Positions 1 to 10,848 of a DNA stretch of 64,000 nucleotides are shown piece after piece. The notes under the pieces are model-generated. The model did no database searches. It worked only from the letters and a program-made list of their open reading frames with translations, and was not told the DNA's origin. The stretch covers positions 480,001 through 544,000 of the forward strand of contig CBDCJO010000001.1 in the NCBI GenBank assembly GCA_965217865.1. The letters are read 5' to 3'. Every line of letters starts with the position of its first letter. The stretch's first letter is position 1. The DNA is from Candidatus Latescibacterota bacterium (GTDB lineage: Bacteria > Latescibacterota > UBA2968 > SICM01). A program made the translations under genes and the position numbers.

Positions 1-176
1 TGATCGATGTAGCTTCAAAGGAAATCATAGGTAAAATTCGGGGGTTTGAATTTCCTTTTGATATCGCTTTTCGAACCACCTCTACTGAAGTGCCTGCCGC
101 CCGCAGGAACAAACCCGTCTTTGAATCTCTCCAGAGGCTCTAAGTTTTTTTCCAATTTTCGACCCCTGGATATCCT

Positions 177-404
177 ATGCTGGAAAATGCCTTTATCTAT
201 GTCCCGGATTCCGACTATGTCGTCCACATCTGCGAACATCGGCATATGGATATCCCCCTGAATGATCGAACCGAAAGGGGGGAGCCGTGTGGTTTCTGCC
301 AGCACTGTGGCATCAGATTTGTGCATCGATCCCTCGAAGCCCTGGCAGCCATGAGACGGGAGGGGATCCTTCGCGACCGGATCCAAAAAAACTTTCCTTT
401 TTAA
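177..404 (+). CDS. small hypothetical protein, possible zinc-binding (CEHRH...CGFCQHC)
   Basis: 75-aa ORF with clustered Cys/His, co-oriented with the downstream gene; competing overlapping ORFs exist. Confidence 0.35.
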   Translation: MLENAFIYVPDSDYVVHICEHRHMDIPLNDRTERGEPCGFCQHCGIRFVHRSLEALAAMRREGILRDRIQKNFPF

Positions 405-491
405 ACAATCCCTTCGCGGCTGCTGTTCATGCCCCATCTGGATCCGATTCTTACCCACCGAACCGCTTCCTGGTTAATTCCTTAAAACCAG

Positions 492-2381
492 ATGTCAAAA
501 CCCCTGAACCACATTTTCGATTCCTTTCAAGCAACTTGCTACTCCGGAATCCACCCCCACAGATGTCCCCGTTTCACCCTGGGACCGGCTTCCTCTGTGC
601 AAGTTCTTTTATCCGTCGCGTTCCTCATCCTGCTTCTTGCAGGTTACGGATGCGGCCGGAAATCAACCCCGCCTGAGATTCGTCGTCTGATCTCTGGCCC
701 CGGGCCTGTGCGGAACCCCTCCATCTCTCCCGACGGATCGATGATCGCTTTCCAGGTTGGCGAATCGGATCGCTACAATCTCTGGACAGCCCCCATCTCC
801 GGGGGGAAATCCAAACAACTGACCCGATTCGGTGGGACGAAACCGGTCTGGTCCCCCGAAGGATCTCGGGTGGCCTTCGAGTCCACTCGGTCCGGAAACA
901 GCGATATCTGGATCATCTCTGCAGGAGGCGGGGCACCCACTAGGGTGACGGTGGACTCCGGTGCCGATTGGGGACCCCAGTGGTCGCCTGACGGCAAATG
1001 GATCGCGTTCCAGTCCAATCGGGATTCTGCCGCGATCTGGGGGTGGAACCTTTCCGAGGACCGGGTGGTTCGGATGAGCGGAGTCGGAGGCATCAACCCT
1101 AAATGGGCTCCCGATAGCCGGCGGATCGTCTATCAGGCTAAGTCCACGGAAGGAAACTGGGAAATCTATACCGCGGATGTGGGTCGAAGACGGATCGTCG
1201 AATTGACTTTTGGCGGGGGGGCAGACGTCGACCCTGTCTGGTCCCCGGACGGGGACCGGATCGCTTACCGGTCCATTTCGAAAACGGGGGCGGATATCTT
1301 CCTTGTGACGGAAGGGGAAAAACCGTTCCGTTTGACGAAAAACTGTGGGGCGGACAGCCCGCCGGTTTGGTCACCTCGCGGGGATCGAATCGCCTTCGTG
1401 TCTTACCGCTCGTGGAACAGCATCGTCCTCGTTCCAACCGAAGTCAAAACGCCTGTCGCGGTCTTCCCCGCACCCGCAAATTCACCCGAGGTGATACTGC
1501 GTGGGTTGATGAACCCCTCCTCACCCTTGTGGTATCACGACGGGGATCGTATCCTCTTTTGCGCAAGATCGTCCGACCTTTGGACCGCTCAAGCAGATGG
1601 GGGGCCTCCCAGCCGCGTTACCGAGGACATCTTCGAGGATCGCAAGCCGGATGTCTCCCCCGACGGGTCACAAATCATCTTCGAATCGAATCGTCTGGGC
1701 GACCCCGGTCTCTGGTCGATCTGGAAAGGGGATGAGCTCCCCAAACCTTTCCTCGTCCGGGATACCATCGACGCCCATCCACGCTTCTCGCCAAACGGAA
1801 AATGGATCGCGTTCACGTCCCGAAAGGACCGGGATTCGGACATCTGGGCGGTTTCCCCCGATCGGTCCGACTTTCGCAGAATGACATCTGGAGGCGGCCT
1901 GAAAGGCAGGCCCACCTGGTATAAGGACAGTAAGCAGATCATCTTCGAATCCAAGCGATCGGGAATTTGGGCCCTCTGGGCCCTAAGGCCGGATCAAACC
2001 GCCTTGGCCCCCGTCATCCGGAAACCGAGCATGCGGCCCGCATGGTCGCCCGATGGGCTCTGGCTTGCGTATCAGTCCGATCGGGATGGAAATCAGGACA
2101 TTTACTTGACACAGATGCGAACCGGCGATGAACGGCAACTCACCTTTAGCGGGGGGCGTGAGAGCGATCCCGCCTGGTCCCGTAATAGCAAGCGAATCGC
2201 ATTCGTCTCCGACCGGGAAGGAGACGATGACATTTTCGTGACCTCAATCTCGGGCGATAGCCTCAGGTCGGTTACCTCCGGTCCCGAGGACGATATCGAA
2301 CCCACCTGGCACCCTGACGGGAAACGCATCATATTCGTCAGGTTAGAACAGTCCGCCATCTGGTCTGTCTCTGTCCCATGA
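492..2381 (+). CDS. TolB-like PD40 (beta-propeller) repeat lipoprotein
   Basis: More than a dozen P.WSPDG..IAF.S.R.G repeats; hydrophobic stretch ending in LLAGYGC (lipobox-like); true start probably downstream of 492. Confidence 0.9.
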   Translation: MSKPLNHIFDSFQATCYSGIHPHRCPRFTLGPASSVQVLLSVAFLILLLAGYGCGRKSTPPEIRRLISGPGPVRNPSISPDGSMIAFQVGESDRYNLWTAPISGGKSKQLTRFGGTKPVWSPEGSRVAFESTRSGNSDIWIISAGGGAPTRVTVDSGADWGPQWSPDGKWIAFQSNRDSAAIWGWNLSEDRVVRMSGVGGINPKWAPDSRRIVYQAKSTEGNWEIYTADVGRRRIVELTFGGGADVDPVWSPDGDRIAYRSISKTGADIFLVTEGEKPFRLTKNCGADSPPVWSPRGDRIAFVSYRSWNSIVLVPTEVKTPVAVFPAPANSPEVILRGLMNPSSPLWYHDGDRILFCARSSDLWTAQADGGPPSRVTEDIFEDRKPDVSPDGSQIIFESNRLGDPGLWSIWKGDELPKPFLVRDTIDAHPRFSPNGKWIAFTSRKDRDSDIWAVSPDRSDFRRMTSGGGLKGRPTWYKDSKQIIFESKRSGIWALWALRPDQTALAPVIRKPSMRPAWSPDGLWLAYQSDRDGNQDIYLTQMRTGDERQLTFSGGRESDPAWSRNSKRIAFVSDREGDDDIFVTSISGDSLRSVTSGPEDDIEPTWHPDGKRIIFVRLEQSAIWSVSVP

Positions 2382-2444
2382 ACGACCTCTCGAGATGAGA
2401 TTATAAGTCCTCACGGTATCCCGGGATGGCTTCTGGAGGCTTGC

Positions 2445-4517
2445 TTGTATCGTCTTGGCGTCGACATCGGCGGAACCTTTACAGACCTGGTTCTCTTTGA
2501 TCAGCGGACGGGAGAACTGATCCGGGAGAAACTCCTGACCCCGGATACCGACCTGTCCGAAGCCGTCTTGGAAGGTGTCCGATCCCTCCTTAAAAAAAGC
2601 GGGGTTTCGACGGATCAGATTTTGAATGCGATTCACGGGACCACCCTGGTTGCGAACACCATCATCGAGCGAAATGGGGCCCTTACGGGGCTGATCACGA
2701 CGAAAGGATTCCGGGACGCTCTGGAGATTGGCCGCGAGGGCCGGTACGACATATACGATCTCTTTCTTGAGCTTCCCAAACCTTTGGTCCCCCGGCATTT
2801 GCGCGTTGAGGTGACGGAACGACTCGATCCCAACGGCGTTGTCCTGATCCCCCTGGAAGAAGAGGATCTTCGTGGCGCCGTGGATCGATTGATCCAGGAA
2901 GGTGTAAAGGCCGTGGCCGTCTCTCTGATCCACGCCTTCCGGAACCCGGAACACGAAAAGCGAATCAAGGCTCGTCTGGAAAGGATTCAACCCGACCTGT
3001 CGGTGTCGATCTCGTCGGAGGTGGTTCCAGAGATAAGGGAGTACGAGCGAACTTCAACCACCACCGCCAACGCCTATGTACAACCCGTTGTATCTCGCTA
3101 CCTGAACGGACTGGAGGATCGACTGTCGGAGTTGGGCCTCAAAGGTCGACTCTACGTTCTCCTCTCGGATGCAGGACTGGCCACCTGCGAAACGGCCAGT
3201 GCGTTTCCCGTTCGACTCGTCGAATCCGGACCCGCAGGCGGCGTCCTGGCGGGTCTCCATTACGGCCAGCAGTGCGGGGGGGATCATATCTTCACATTTG
3301 ACATGGGGGGGACAACTGCGAAAACCGCGCTGATCGACCGGGGGGAGCCGTTCCTCGTCAACCAGACCGAAGTTGCCCGGATCTACCGGTTCAAGAAAGG
3401 GAGCGGACTCCCGCTTAAGGTCCCGGTGGTGGAGATGATCGAGATCGGGGCAGGTGGGGGGAGCATCGCCCGCGTTGACGGCATGGGCCTCTTGAGGGTA
3501 GGGCCGAACAGCGCCGGGGCTCACCCGGGCCCTGCCTGCTACGGTTTCGGGGGGGGCGATCCGACGGTCACGGACGCGGACCTTGCACTGGGTTATCTGA
3601 ACCCGGATTTTTTCCTCGGCGGACGGATGGGGTTGCGTCTCGATCTTGCCGTGGACGCCATAGAACGCGTCGTGGCGGGATCGCTCAACCTCACGCTCAA
3701 ACGAGCGGCGTGGGGGATCCACCAGATCGTCAACGAGGGGATGGCTAACGCTGCCCGCATTCACGCCGTTGAGCGAGGACGGGACGTACATGCGTACACC
3801 CTCGTGGCCACCGGGGGGGCCGGACCCGTCCACGCGTGCGGAGTGGCTGAACGCTTACGGATGAAGACCGTCGTCTTTCCGGTCGGAGCAGGAGTGGCTT
3901 CCTCGTTCGGATTTCTCCTGGCCCCTGTGGCATTCGATTTTGTCAAAACCTTCTTGGGGCGTTTATACGATTTGGACGTGGGTGTCATCTCTGGCCTCTA
4001 TCGGGAGATGGAGGAGACCGGAAGGGACACGCTTATCCAAGCAGGCGTCAAACTCGGGGAAATCCGATTCCTGAGGACTGCGGACCTGAGATATGTCGGT
4101 CAGGGATCTGAAGTGCGCTGTCCGATTCCCCCAGGTGAGGTTCCGCTCGACTTCCAGAAAGTCTACCAGGCTGCCTTCGAAGATGAATATCGACGGCTCT
4201 ACGGCCGCATCTGTCCCGATATGGATGTCGAGGCGGTCAACTGGCGCCTGCGCGCAACGGGCCCGAAACCGGATGTCCATTCTCCAGGCGTGAGGGTCTC
4301 CGGATCAGGGGGGACCATCAAGGGATATCGGGAGGTCTGTTTCCGTGAGGAGGAAGGCTTCATCTCCTGCCCTGTATACGACCGGTATGAAATACCGCAG
4401 GGTTCCGAACTTCCGGGTCCAGCCGTAGTCGAGGAACGGGAATCCACGGTCCTGTTGCTTCCGGGCTGGAATGCCCGCATGAACGAATATGGTAGCCTGG
4501 TGGCGCAGAAGGGTTGA
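2445..4517 (+). CDS. hyuA: hydantoinase A / 5-oxoprolinase family protein
   Basis: GVDIGGTFTD, HGTTLVANTIIER, ESGPAGG, DMGGTTAK, IGAGGGSIA, PTVTDAD motifs. Confidence 0.93.
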   Translation: MYRLGVDIGGTFTDLVLFDQRTGELIREKLLTPDTDLSEAVLEGVRSLLKKSGVSTDQILNAIHGTTLVANTIIERNGALTGLITTKGFRDALEIGREGRYDIYDLFLELPKPLVPRHLRVEVTERLDPNGVVLIPLEEEDLRGAVDRLIQEGVKAVAVSLIHAFRNPEHEKRIKARLERIQPDLSVSISSEVVPEIREYERTSTTTANAYVQPVVSRYLNGLEDRLSELGLKGRLYVLLSDAGLATCETASAFPVRLVESGPAGGVLAGLHYGQQCGGDHIFTFDMGGTTAKTALIDRGEPFLVNQTEVARIYRFKKGSGLPLKVPVVEMIEIGAGGGSIARVDGMGLLRVGPNSAGAHPGPACYGFGGGDPTVTDADLALGYLNPDFFLGGRMGLRLDLAVDAIERVVAGSLNLTLKRAAWGIHQIVNEGMANAARIHAVERGRDVHAYTLVATGGAGPVHACGVAERLRMKTVVFPVGAGVASSFGFLLAPVAFDFVKTFLGRLYDLDVGVISGLYREMEETGRDTLIQAGVKLGEIRFLRTADLRYVGQGSEVRCPIPPGEVPLDFQKVYQAAFEDEYRRLYGRICPDMDVEAVNWRLRATGPKPDVHSPGVRVSGSGGTIKGYREVCFREEEGFISCPVYDRYEIPQGSELPGPAVVEERESTVLLLPGWNARMNEYGSLVAQKG

Positions 4518-4564
4518 ATCGTCTTTCGTGATTCATCGCTCGTAGCCCCGGCAAAAAGCCGAGG

Positions 4565-6325
4565 GTGATCTTATTCCCAAATTTGCAATTTTCACTTTGC
4601 AATTCCTTTTCCCGACTGGAGGTTTCGCTGTCCGAATTTGATTCAATCGCCCTTGAGGTGCTCTGGAACCGGCTCATCTCGATCGTCAACGAGCAGGCGG
4701 CAGTGCTGATCAACACCTCATTCACGACCGTCGTCAGGGAAGCGGGGGACCTTTCCGCAGCGGTGTTCGATGCAGACGGCAAGATGCTCGCACAGGCGGT
4801 CACCGGAACCCCCGGGCATATCAATCCCATGCCCGCCGCCATCCGGCATTTCTTGAAGTCGTACCCCCTCGACACCCTCGAACCGGGGGACACCCTCATC
4901 ACCAACAACCCCTGGTTCACCGCCGGCCACCTGAATGACCTCACCGTGGCCACCCCCGTTTTTTTCAAAGAGCGACCTGTGGGTTTGTTCGGAAACATCT
5001 GCCACGCCATGGACATCGGGGGACGAACCTTCGGGGCGGAGGCACGTGAGGTGTTCGAAGAGGGGCTTCACATCCCACCCCTCAAATTATACCGAGGCGG
5101 GGAACCCAACAGCGACCTGTTTTCAGTCATCAGGGCGAACGTCCGGGTCCCGGACGCTGTCGTGGGCGATCTCCACGCACAGGTGACCGCAAATGAGGTC
5201 GCCGGGCGTAAGCTCGTCGATTATATGGAAGAGTACGGCCTCCACGATCTCGTAGCGCTTTCCGATGCCATTATCTCTCGTTCTGAGAAGGCGACCCGAC
5301 TTGCGATCGAGGAAATCCCCGACGGCGTTTACCCTTATCGGATGGAGACAGATGGTTTTGATGATCCGATTACGATTCAGATCGCAGTCACGGTCAAGGG
5401 CTCCGAACTGGATGTCGACTACTCCGGCACCTCGCCTCAATGCGGGTTTGGGATCAATGTGGTTTTCAACTATACCCAGGCCTATACGATTTACCCCCTG
5501 AAATGCGCCATCAGTCCTGAAATTCCGAACAACGAGGGAAGCTTCCGTCCAATCCGCGTCCGCGCACCCGAGGGATCGATTCTGAACTGCACCCCTCCTG
5601 CCGCGGTCAGTGCACGACATCTGATCGGGCATTTCCTCTCCATGGCCGTATTCGGAGCCCTTTCGAAGGTGATCCCGGAGCGGGTCATGGCAGAGGGTTC
5701 GGCGGGTCTCTGGAACTCCGAAATAGAGGGAATCGACACCAAGGGAAAACCGTTTGCTTATATCTTTTTCTCAGCGGGGGGCACCGGGGCGCGTCCCAAC
5801 AAAGACGGTCTTTCGGCAACCGCTTTTCCGAGCGGAATCACAGGCGTCCCTGCCGAGATCATCGAAAACGTTTCACCCATCACGATGTGGAAAAGGGAAC
5901 TGCGACAGGACTCCGGTGGACCGGGGAAACGGCGTGGGGGTCTGGGACAGACGATGACGCTGGAGGTTCGTGGCTCTCGTCCAGCGATCCACTCTTGTAT
6001 GTACGATCGGATTCGATTCCCGGCTCGGGGATTCGGCGGAGGGCTGGAGGGTGCCGCCGGAGAGGTGGTGATGTCGGACGGAACGCATCGACACCCCAAG
6101 CGGAAATACGAACTGCAACCCGGTCAGCGGGTGACGCTTCGACTGCCTGGTGGAGGGGGATTCTATCCCCCATCCGAACGGGACCCCGACCTTGTCCTGG
6201 AGGACGTGATTGCAGGTCTGGTATCGATGGATCAGGCGAAGGAGTTCTATCGTGTCATCGTCGATCTTCCGACCCGGTCCGTGGATCGGGCTGAAACCAG
6301 GAAGCTTCGGGGAGATGGCAGGTGA
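4565..6325 (+). CDS. hyuB: hydantoinase B / 5-oxoprolinase family protein
   Basis: LEVLWNRLISIVNEQ, GHLND, HAMDIGG, EEGLHIPP, DSGGPGKRRGGLG, PGGGGF motifs; follows the A subunit; start may be somewhat downstream. Confidence 0.93.
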   Translation: MILFPNLQFSLCNSFSRLEVSLSEFDSIALEVLWNRLISIVNEQAAVLINTSFTTVVREAGDLSAAVFDADGKMLAQAVTGTPGHINPMPAAIRHFLKSYPLDTLEPGDTLITNNPWFTAGHLNDLTVATPVFFKERPVGLFGNICHAMDIGGRTFGAEAREVFEEGLHIPPLKLYRGGEPNSDLFSVIRANVRVPDAVVGDLHAQVTANEVAGRKLVDYMEEYGLHDLVALSDAIISRSEKATRLAIEEIPDGVYPYRMETDGFDDPITIQIAVTVKGSELDVDYSGTSPQCGFGINVVFNYTQAYTIYPLKCAISPEIPNNEGSFRPIRVRAPEGSILNCTPPAAVSARHLIGHFLSMAVFGALSKVIPERVMAEGSAGLWNSEIEGIDTKGKPFAYIFFSAGGTGARPNKDGLSATAFPSGITGVPAEIIENVSPITMWKRELRQDSGGPGKRRGGLGQTMTLEVRGSRPAIHSCMYDRIRFPARGFGGGLEGAAGEVVMSDGTHRHPKRKYELQPGQRVTLRLPGGGGFYPPSERDPDLVLEDVIAGLVSMDQAKEFYRVIVDLPTRSVDRAETRKLRGDGR

Positions 6326-6906
6326 GGATGCCGTCCCGACGTGATTGACCGGAAAGCGATCTTACTCGTTTATTGATTGGACATATCGGTTTCTCGATCC
6401 CTAACTTACTGATTTAATTAAAAATCGCCCAACTCTGACCATCCCGGATCCGACTCAGATATTTTTCTACATCTTGAGTCTTCCCCGTCGGCACCCCTCG
6501 ATATGGTGGTCAATTTTACGCTTTTAGAAAAAATTTCTAAGGTTTAAAAGACGGAATATTCTGTCAGTTATCCCATCCCCCGTCCGGGTTGATCGGAAGT
6601 TCAAGTTGACTTTCCGACAAAAATGATTAACTTATAATTCGAACCGCGATCCCCCAAGGCCCTTTCCCCGGGGGGTCCTTCCCCGATCCTGTCGCGGATC
6701 CCAGCCGCTACTTCGAAATTTTGATCCTGACCATTTAAGTTGATGATTATTCAAGCCCTACAGAACTATTCCTCTTCGGCCAGATGGCGGTATTTCGGAG
6801 GTTTCAAATAAGCTTTTCCTGAAAATAAGTTTCCGCTCCTCCTCCCTCTCCTGACTGGCCGTTGCCCCGCACCACCCTCTCGCATTAAAGATTCGGACTC
6901 CTCGAA

Positions 6907-9900
6907 ATGGGATCATCAGATTTCGTCCACCTGCACAGCCACACGATGTACAGCCTCCTCGACGGTGCCTGTCGGATACGCGACATCGCAAGTCTGGCTC
7001 AGGAATATGAGACCGAAGCAGTTGCCATGACGGATCACGGCAACCTTTTCGGGGCGGTCGAATTCTACAAGGAAATGAAAAAGGCGAACCTCAAGCCCAT
7101 TATAGGATGCGAGGTCTACGTCGCCATTGAGGACCGGTTCAGCAGGAAAGCTGCTCGTGGCGTCCCGTCGGGTTCAAACCACCTCGTCCTGCTCTCCAAA
7201 AACCAGACAGGCTATCGGAACCTGGTGAAACTCGTTTCGAAGGGCTATCTCGAGGGATTCTATCACAATCCTCGCATCGACAAGGGACTTCTCCGAGAAC
7301 ACGCTGATGGCCTAATCTGCCTTTCAGGATGCTTGAGCGGAGAGGTGGCCCACCTCATATCCGAAGAGGGTTACCCGGCGGCCCGTAAGGCCGTCCTGGA
7401 ATACCGAGAGATTTTCGGAGACGACTATTTCCTGGAGATCCAGCGACACGGGATCCCCCGGGAAGATAAGGTAAACAAAGGCCTCCTGAAGCTTCACAAG
7501 GACCTGGGGATTCCCCTCGTGGCCACCAATGATTCTCATTTTCTGAGACGGGATGATCACACAGCTCACGACGTTCTCATTTGCGTCCAGACCGGGAAAA
7601 CCCTATCCGATGCCAACCGCCTCCGTTACAGCCAGGAGGTTTATTTCAAGTCCCCCGGTGAGATGAAAGAACTCTTCAAAGACCTACCCCAGGCCATCGA
7701 GAACACCATCCGGATTGCTGAGGAATGTAACTTCGACATGAGTTTCGGAGAATCCGTACTCCCGGAGTTTCCGCTTCCGGACGCCTATGATCGACCCGAA
7801 GCCTACCTCTCGGATCTTGTCCAGGAAGGCCTGAGGAGCCGTTGCGGTTCGATCACCCCCCAGATGGCCGAACGCATCGACTACGAACTGAAGGTCATTG
7901 CCAAGACCGGTTATGCAGGCTATTTCCTGATCGTCAGCGATTTTGTCCGCTATGCAAGGGAAAATCGCATCCTCGTAGGGGCCCGGGGATCTGCAGTAGC
8001 CAGCCTGGTGGCATACGCTTTGGGTATCACCAGTGTGAATCCGCTGACCTACGGACTTTTCTTTGAACGCTTTCTGAATCTCGAACGTGTCTCGATGCCG
8101 GATTTTGACATCGACATCGCCGACCGGGACAGGGGAAAGATCATCGACTACGTGAAGAAAAAATACGGAGCCCAAAACGTTTGCCAGATTATCACATTCG
8201 GAACCCTTGGGGCAAAAGCAGCGGTCCGGGATGTCGGACGTGTCCTCGGGCTTTCGTTCGGGGAGTGTGACACGATCGCAAAACTGATCCCCACGGATCT
8301 CAAGATCACGCTCGACCGGGCAATCGATCAGGTCCCAGAGCTGAAGGCGATGACCGAATCCGAGGGTATGAAAAAGGATCTCCTCGACCACGCTCGGAAA
8401 CTGGAGGGAATATCTCGTCACGCATCGGTCCACGCAGCCGGTGTGATCATCACACCAAAACCCCTCCTCGAGTATATCCCCCTCTACAAATCGGCAAAAG
8501 ACGGTGAGGTCACAACCCAGTTTACCTTCACACAAGTGGATGAGCTGGGTCTCCTCAAAATGGACTTCCTGGGGCTACGGAACCTGACGGTCCTCGATGA
8601 CACCGTCCAGATGCTGGCCGAGGACGGAACGCATCTCGATCTCGACCGGCTTCCTTTCGACGATCCGGCCACGTACGGCTTGTTCGGACGGGGGGATACC
8701 ACGGGGGTCTTCCAGTTCGAAAGCGAAGGGATGCGTGAGTACCTCAGGAAGCTGAAACCAGACCGGATCCAGGACCTGATCGCGATGAACGCCCTCTATC
8801 GTCCGGGACCGATGCAGTACATCGACCAGTATATCGCCAGAAAACACGGAAAAGAACCCGTGACCTACGCCTATCCGGACCTGGAGCCTGTCCTGGAGGA
8901 AACCTATGGTGTCATCACCTATCAGGAACAGGTCATGCACGTTGCCCGCGATCTGGCCGGATTCAGCATGGGACAGGCGGACATCCTCCGAAAAGCGATG
9001 GGAAAGAAAATCCCCAGCCTCCTGGCCGAACAGAAGGCGCTGTTCTTGCACGGAACCAGGGAAAGGGAGATCCCAGAAAAGATCGCGTTGAAGATCTTCG
9101 AGGACATGGCCGTCTTCGCGGGATACGGTTTCAACAAAGCGCACAGCACCGGTTATGCCGTTATCGCCTACCAGTGTGCCTACCTCAAAGCCAATTTTCC
9201 GACCTTTTTTATGGCCGCAAATCTAAACAGCGAGATCGGAGATATCGATCGGTTGGTCATTCTGGTCGACGCGTGTAGAAGGATGGGCATCGAGATCCTC
9301 CCCCCTGACGTAAACCAAAGCGGGGTGGGCTTCACCCCTGTCGATCGCAAGATAAGGTTCGGGTTGGCTGCAATAAAAAATGTCGGCCCGGTAGCTATGA
9401 AGTCGATTGTATCCGCACGCAAGGAGAAGGGACGCTTCAAAACAATATTCGATCTGTGTGAATCCGTGGATCTGAAGGCCTTGAACAAAAGGGGCCTGGA
9501 GAGCCTGATCTGCGCGGGGGGGATGGACTCTTTGGAGGGGCACAGGGCGCAATTGGTGGCAGGCCTGGATCAGGCGGTGGAGATGGCCCAATCCGCTCAG
9601 TCGGACCGTCTTAAGGGGCAGATATCGCTCTTCGAGGCCGCCATGTCCACACCCGCTGCCAGATCTTTCTCAAACCGGTCCCTGCCCATAACGGACGAAT
9701 GGACGGAGCCACAAAAACTGGCTAAGGAAAAGGAGGTGCTGGGCCTCTATCTCTCTGGGCACCCGCTTTCGCGGCACGCGGATGAGCTAAGGGCCCTCGG
9801 GGTCATGTCTGTGAAGGATGCCAGGGATGTCGCGAACGGCAGGGAGGTGAAAGTAGGCGGACTCCTGTCGGAGGTGAAGAACCACATCGCAAAAAACCGG

Positions 9901-10416
9901 AAACCGATGGCCTTTGCCAGCCTTGAAGACGAGAGCGGCGCGATCGATCTGGTTGTTTTTCCGGACACCTTTGAGAAAAACCGCGATCTTATCGTGCCCG
10001 AGGCATTGGTCCTGGTGCTCGGAAAGGCCGGGACGAACGGTCGAACCTCCGTCATTGTCGACCAGATCATACCCCTTGAAGGGGCGAGAGAGAGACTCGC
10101 CAGCGCCGTAAACGTCCATCTCTCGACCGGCGCCCTCAGTACGAAGACCCTGAACGAGATAAAATCACTCTGCGAGCAGTATTCTGGCTCTTGCTCCCTA
10201 CTGCTTCACGTGGAGCCGCAACCCGATCGACGCTATGTGATCAAGTCCCGGACCCTGAACGTAGCCCCGGCGACCGATCTGATTCTGGGGCTTGGCCGGA
10301 TAATCGGGACCGACACAGCTGCCTGGATATCGTCAGGGAAGCGACGAGCAGAAACCCCAATGCAAGTCGGGGGCCCAAGATCGCGGGCTCAGATCCGACC
10401 GGAGGCGCACGCGTAG
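6907..10416 (+). CDS. dnaE: DNA polymerase III alpha subunit
   Basis: PHP domain FVHLHSHTMYSLLDG, FERFLN.ERVSMPDFDID, KMDFLGL, GYGFNKAHS, C-terminal OB fold; 1169 aa, no intein evident. Confidence 0.98.
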   Translation: MGSSDFVHLHSHTMYSLLDGACRIRDIASLAQEYETEAVAMTDHGNLFGAVEFYKEMKKANLKPIIGCEVYVAIEDRFSRKAARGVPSGSNHLVLLSKNQTGYRNLVKLVSKGYLEGFYHNPRIDKGLLREHADGLICLSGCLSGEVAHLISEEGYPAARKAVLEYREIFGDDYFLEIQRHGIPREDKVNKGLLKLHKDLGIPLVATNDSHFLRRDDHTAHDVLICVQTGKTLSDANRLRYSQEVYFKSPGEMKELFKDLPQAIENTIRIAEECNFDMSFGESVLPEFPLPDAYDRPEAYLSDLVQEGLRSRCGSITPQMAERIDYELKVIAKTGYAGYFLIVSDFVRYARENRILVGARGSAVASLVAYALGITSVNPLTYGLFFERFLNLERVSMPDFDIDIADRDRGKIIDYVKKKYGAQNVCQIITFGTLGAKAAVRDVGRVLGLSFGECDTIAKLIPTDLKITLDRAIDQVPELKAMTESEGMKKDLLDHARKLEGISRHASVHAAGVIITPKPLLEYIPLYKSAKDGEVTTQFTFTQVDELGLLKMDFLGLRNLTVLDDTVQMLAEDGTHLDLDRLPFDDPATYGLFGRGDTTGVFQFESEGMREYLRKLKPDRIQDLIAMNALYRPGPMQYIDQYIARKHGKEPVTYAYPDLEPVLEETYGVITYQEQVMHVARDLAGFSMGQADILRKAMGKKIPSLLAEQKALFLHGTREREIPEKIALKIFEDMAVFAGYGFNKAHSTGYAVIAYQCAYLKANFPTFFMAANLNSEIGDIDRLVILVDACRRMGIEILPPDVNQSGVGFTPVDRKIRFGLAAIKNVGPVAMKSIVSARKEKGRFKTIFDLCESVDLKALNKRGLESLICAGGMDSLEGHRAQLVAGLDQAVEMAQSAQSDRLKGQISLFEAAMSTPAARSFSNRSLPITDEWTEPQKLAKEKEVLGLYLSGHPLSRHADELRALGVMSVKDARDVANGREVKVGGLLSEVKNHIAKNRKPMAFASLEDESGAIDLVVFPDTFEKNRDLIVPEALVLVLGKAGTNGRTSVIVDQIIPLEGARERLASAVNVHLSTGALSTKTLNEIKSLCEQYSGSCSLLLHVEPQPDRRYVIKSRTLNVAPATDLILGLGRIIGTDTAAWISSGKRRAETPMQVGGPRSRAQIRPEAHA

Positions 10417-10477
10417 TAGAATTGTAGCGGTGAGCAGCGAGACCTGTTCCAGGGGGGGCAGGGACTCGTCACCCCTG

Positions 10478-10514
10478 GGCGTCAGGACGCAGGTCCTGAC
10501 GCCTCTATTATTTT
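10478..10514 (+). terminator. intrinsic terminator downstream of dnaE
   Basis: Perfect 11-bp stem GGCGTCAGGAC-gcag-GTCCTGACGCC followed by T-rich TCTATTATTTT. Confidence 0.65.
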
Positions 10515-10682
10515 CAGTATCGTTTGGTCCATCAGGATCCACATACTTTCCTGGACCCTTTCGATGATCGGCCGGGTTTATGGTGAATCTCCGTTCAACC
10601 CTCGCCAAAGAGGAAACCCAGCCGTCAACTCCCGCCCGCGGGACGTGACCGCCTTCGATTTCAGACCAGTTCCCAACGCCGA

Positions 10683-10793
10683 TTAACCGCCGGGATCAAT
10701 ATCAATCCCGCCCTTGGAAAGCGCTTCGGACACCCAATCGGGCAAGTCCTCGTCACCAAGAGACACCAGCGCAACCTGTGGACCCTTTTTCAT
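10683..10793 (-). pseudogene. possible N-terminal remnant of a dehydrogenase gene
   Basis: 36-codon ORF MKKGPQVALVSLGDEDLPDWVSEALSKGGIDIDPGG just downstream of the flavin reductase; reads like the start of a 2-hydroxyacid dehydrogenase (recollection, unverified). Confidence 0.25.
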
Positions 10794-10848
10794 TTACTGG
10801 TGGAAGCTGAACGGGTTAGCACCGGACGAAATCAGTAGCCCCCCCCAG

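Noticed and set aside
6907-10416. Intein or split in dnaE
   Set aside because: Length and motif spacing are ordinary; no intein signature seen
10417-10514. GC-rich stems after dnaE as SRP/6S RNA
   Set aside because: No SRP GGAA/AGCAG core or other diagnostic motif; a terminator is sufficient
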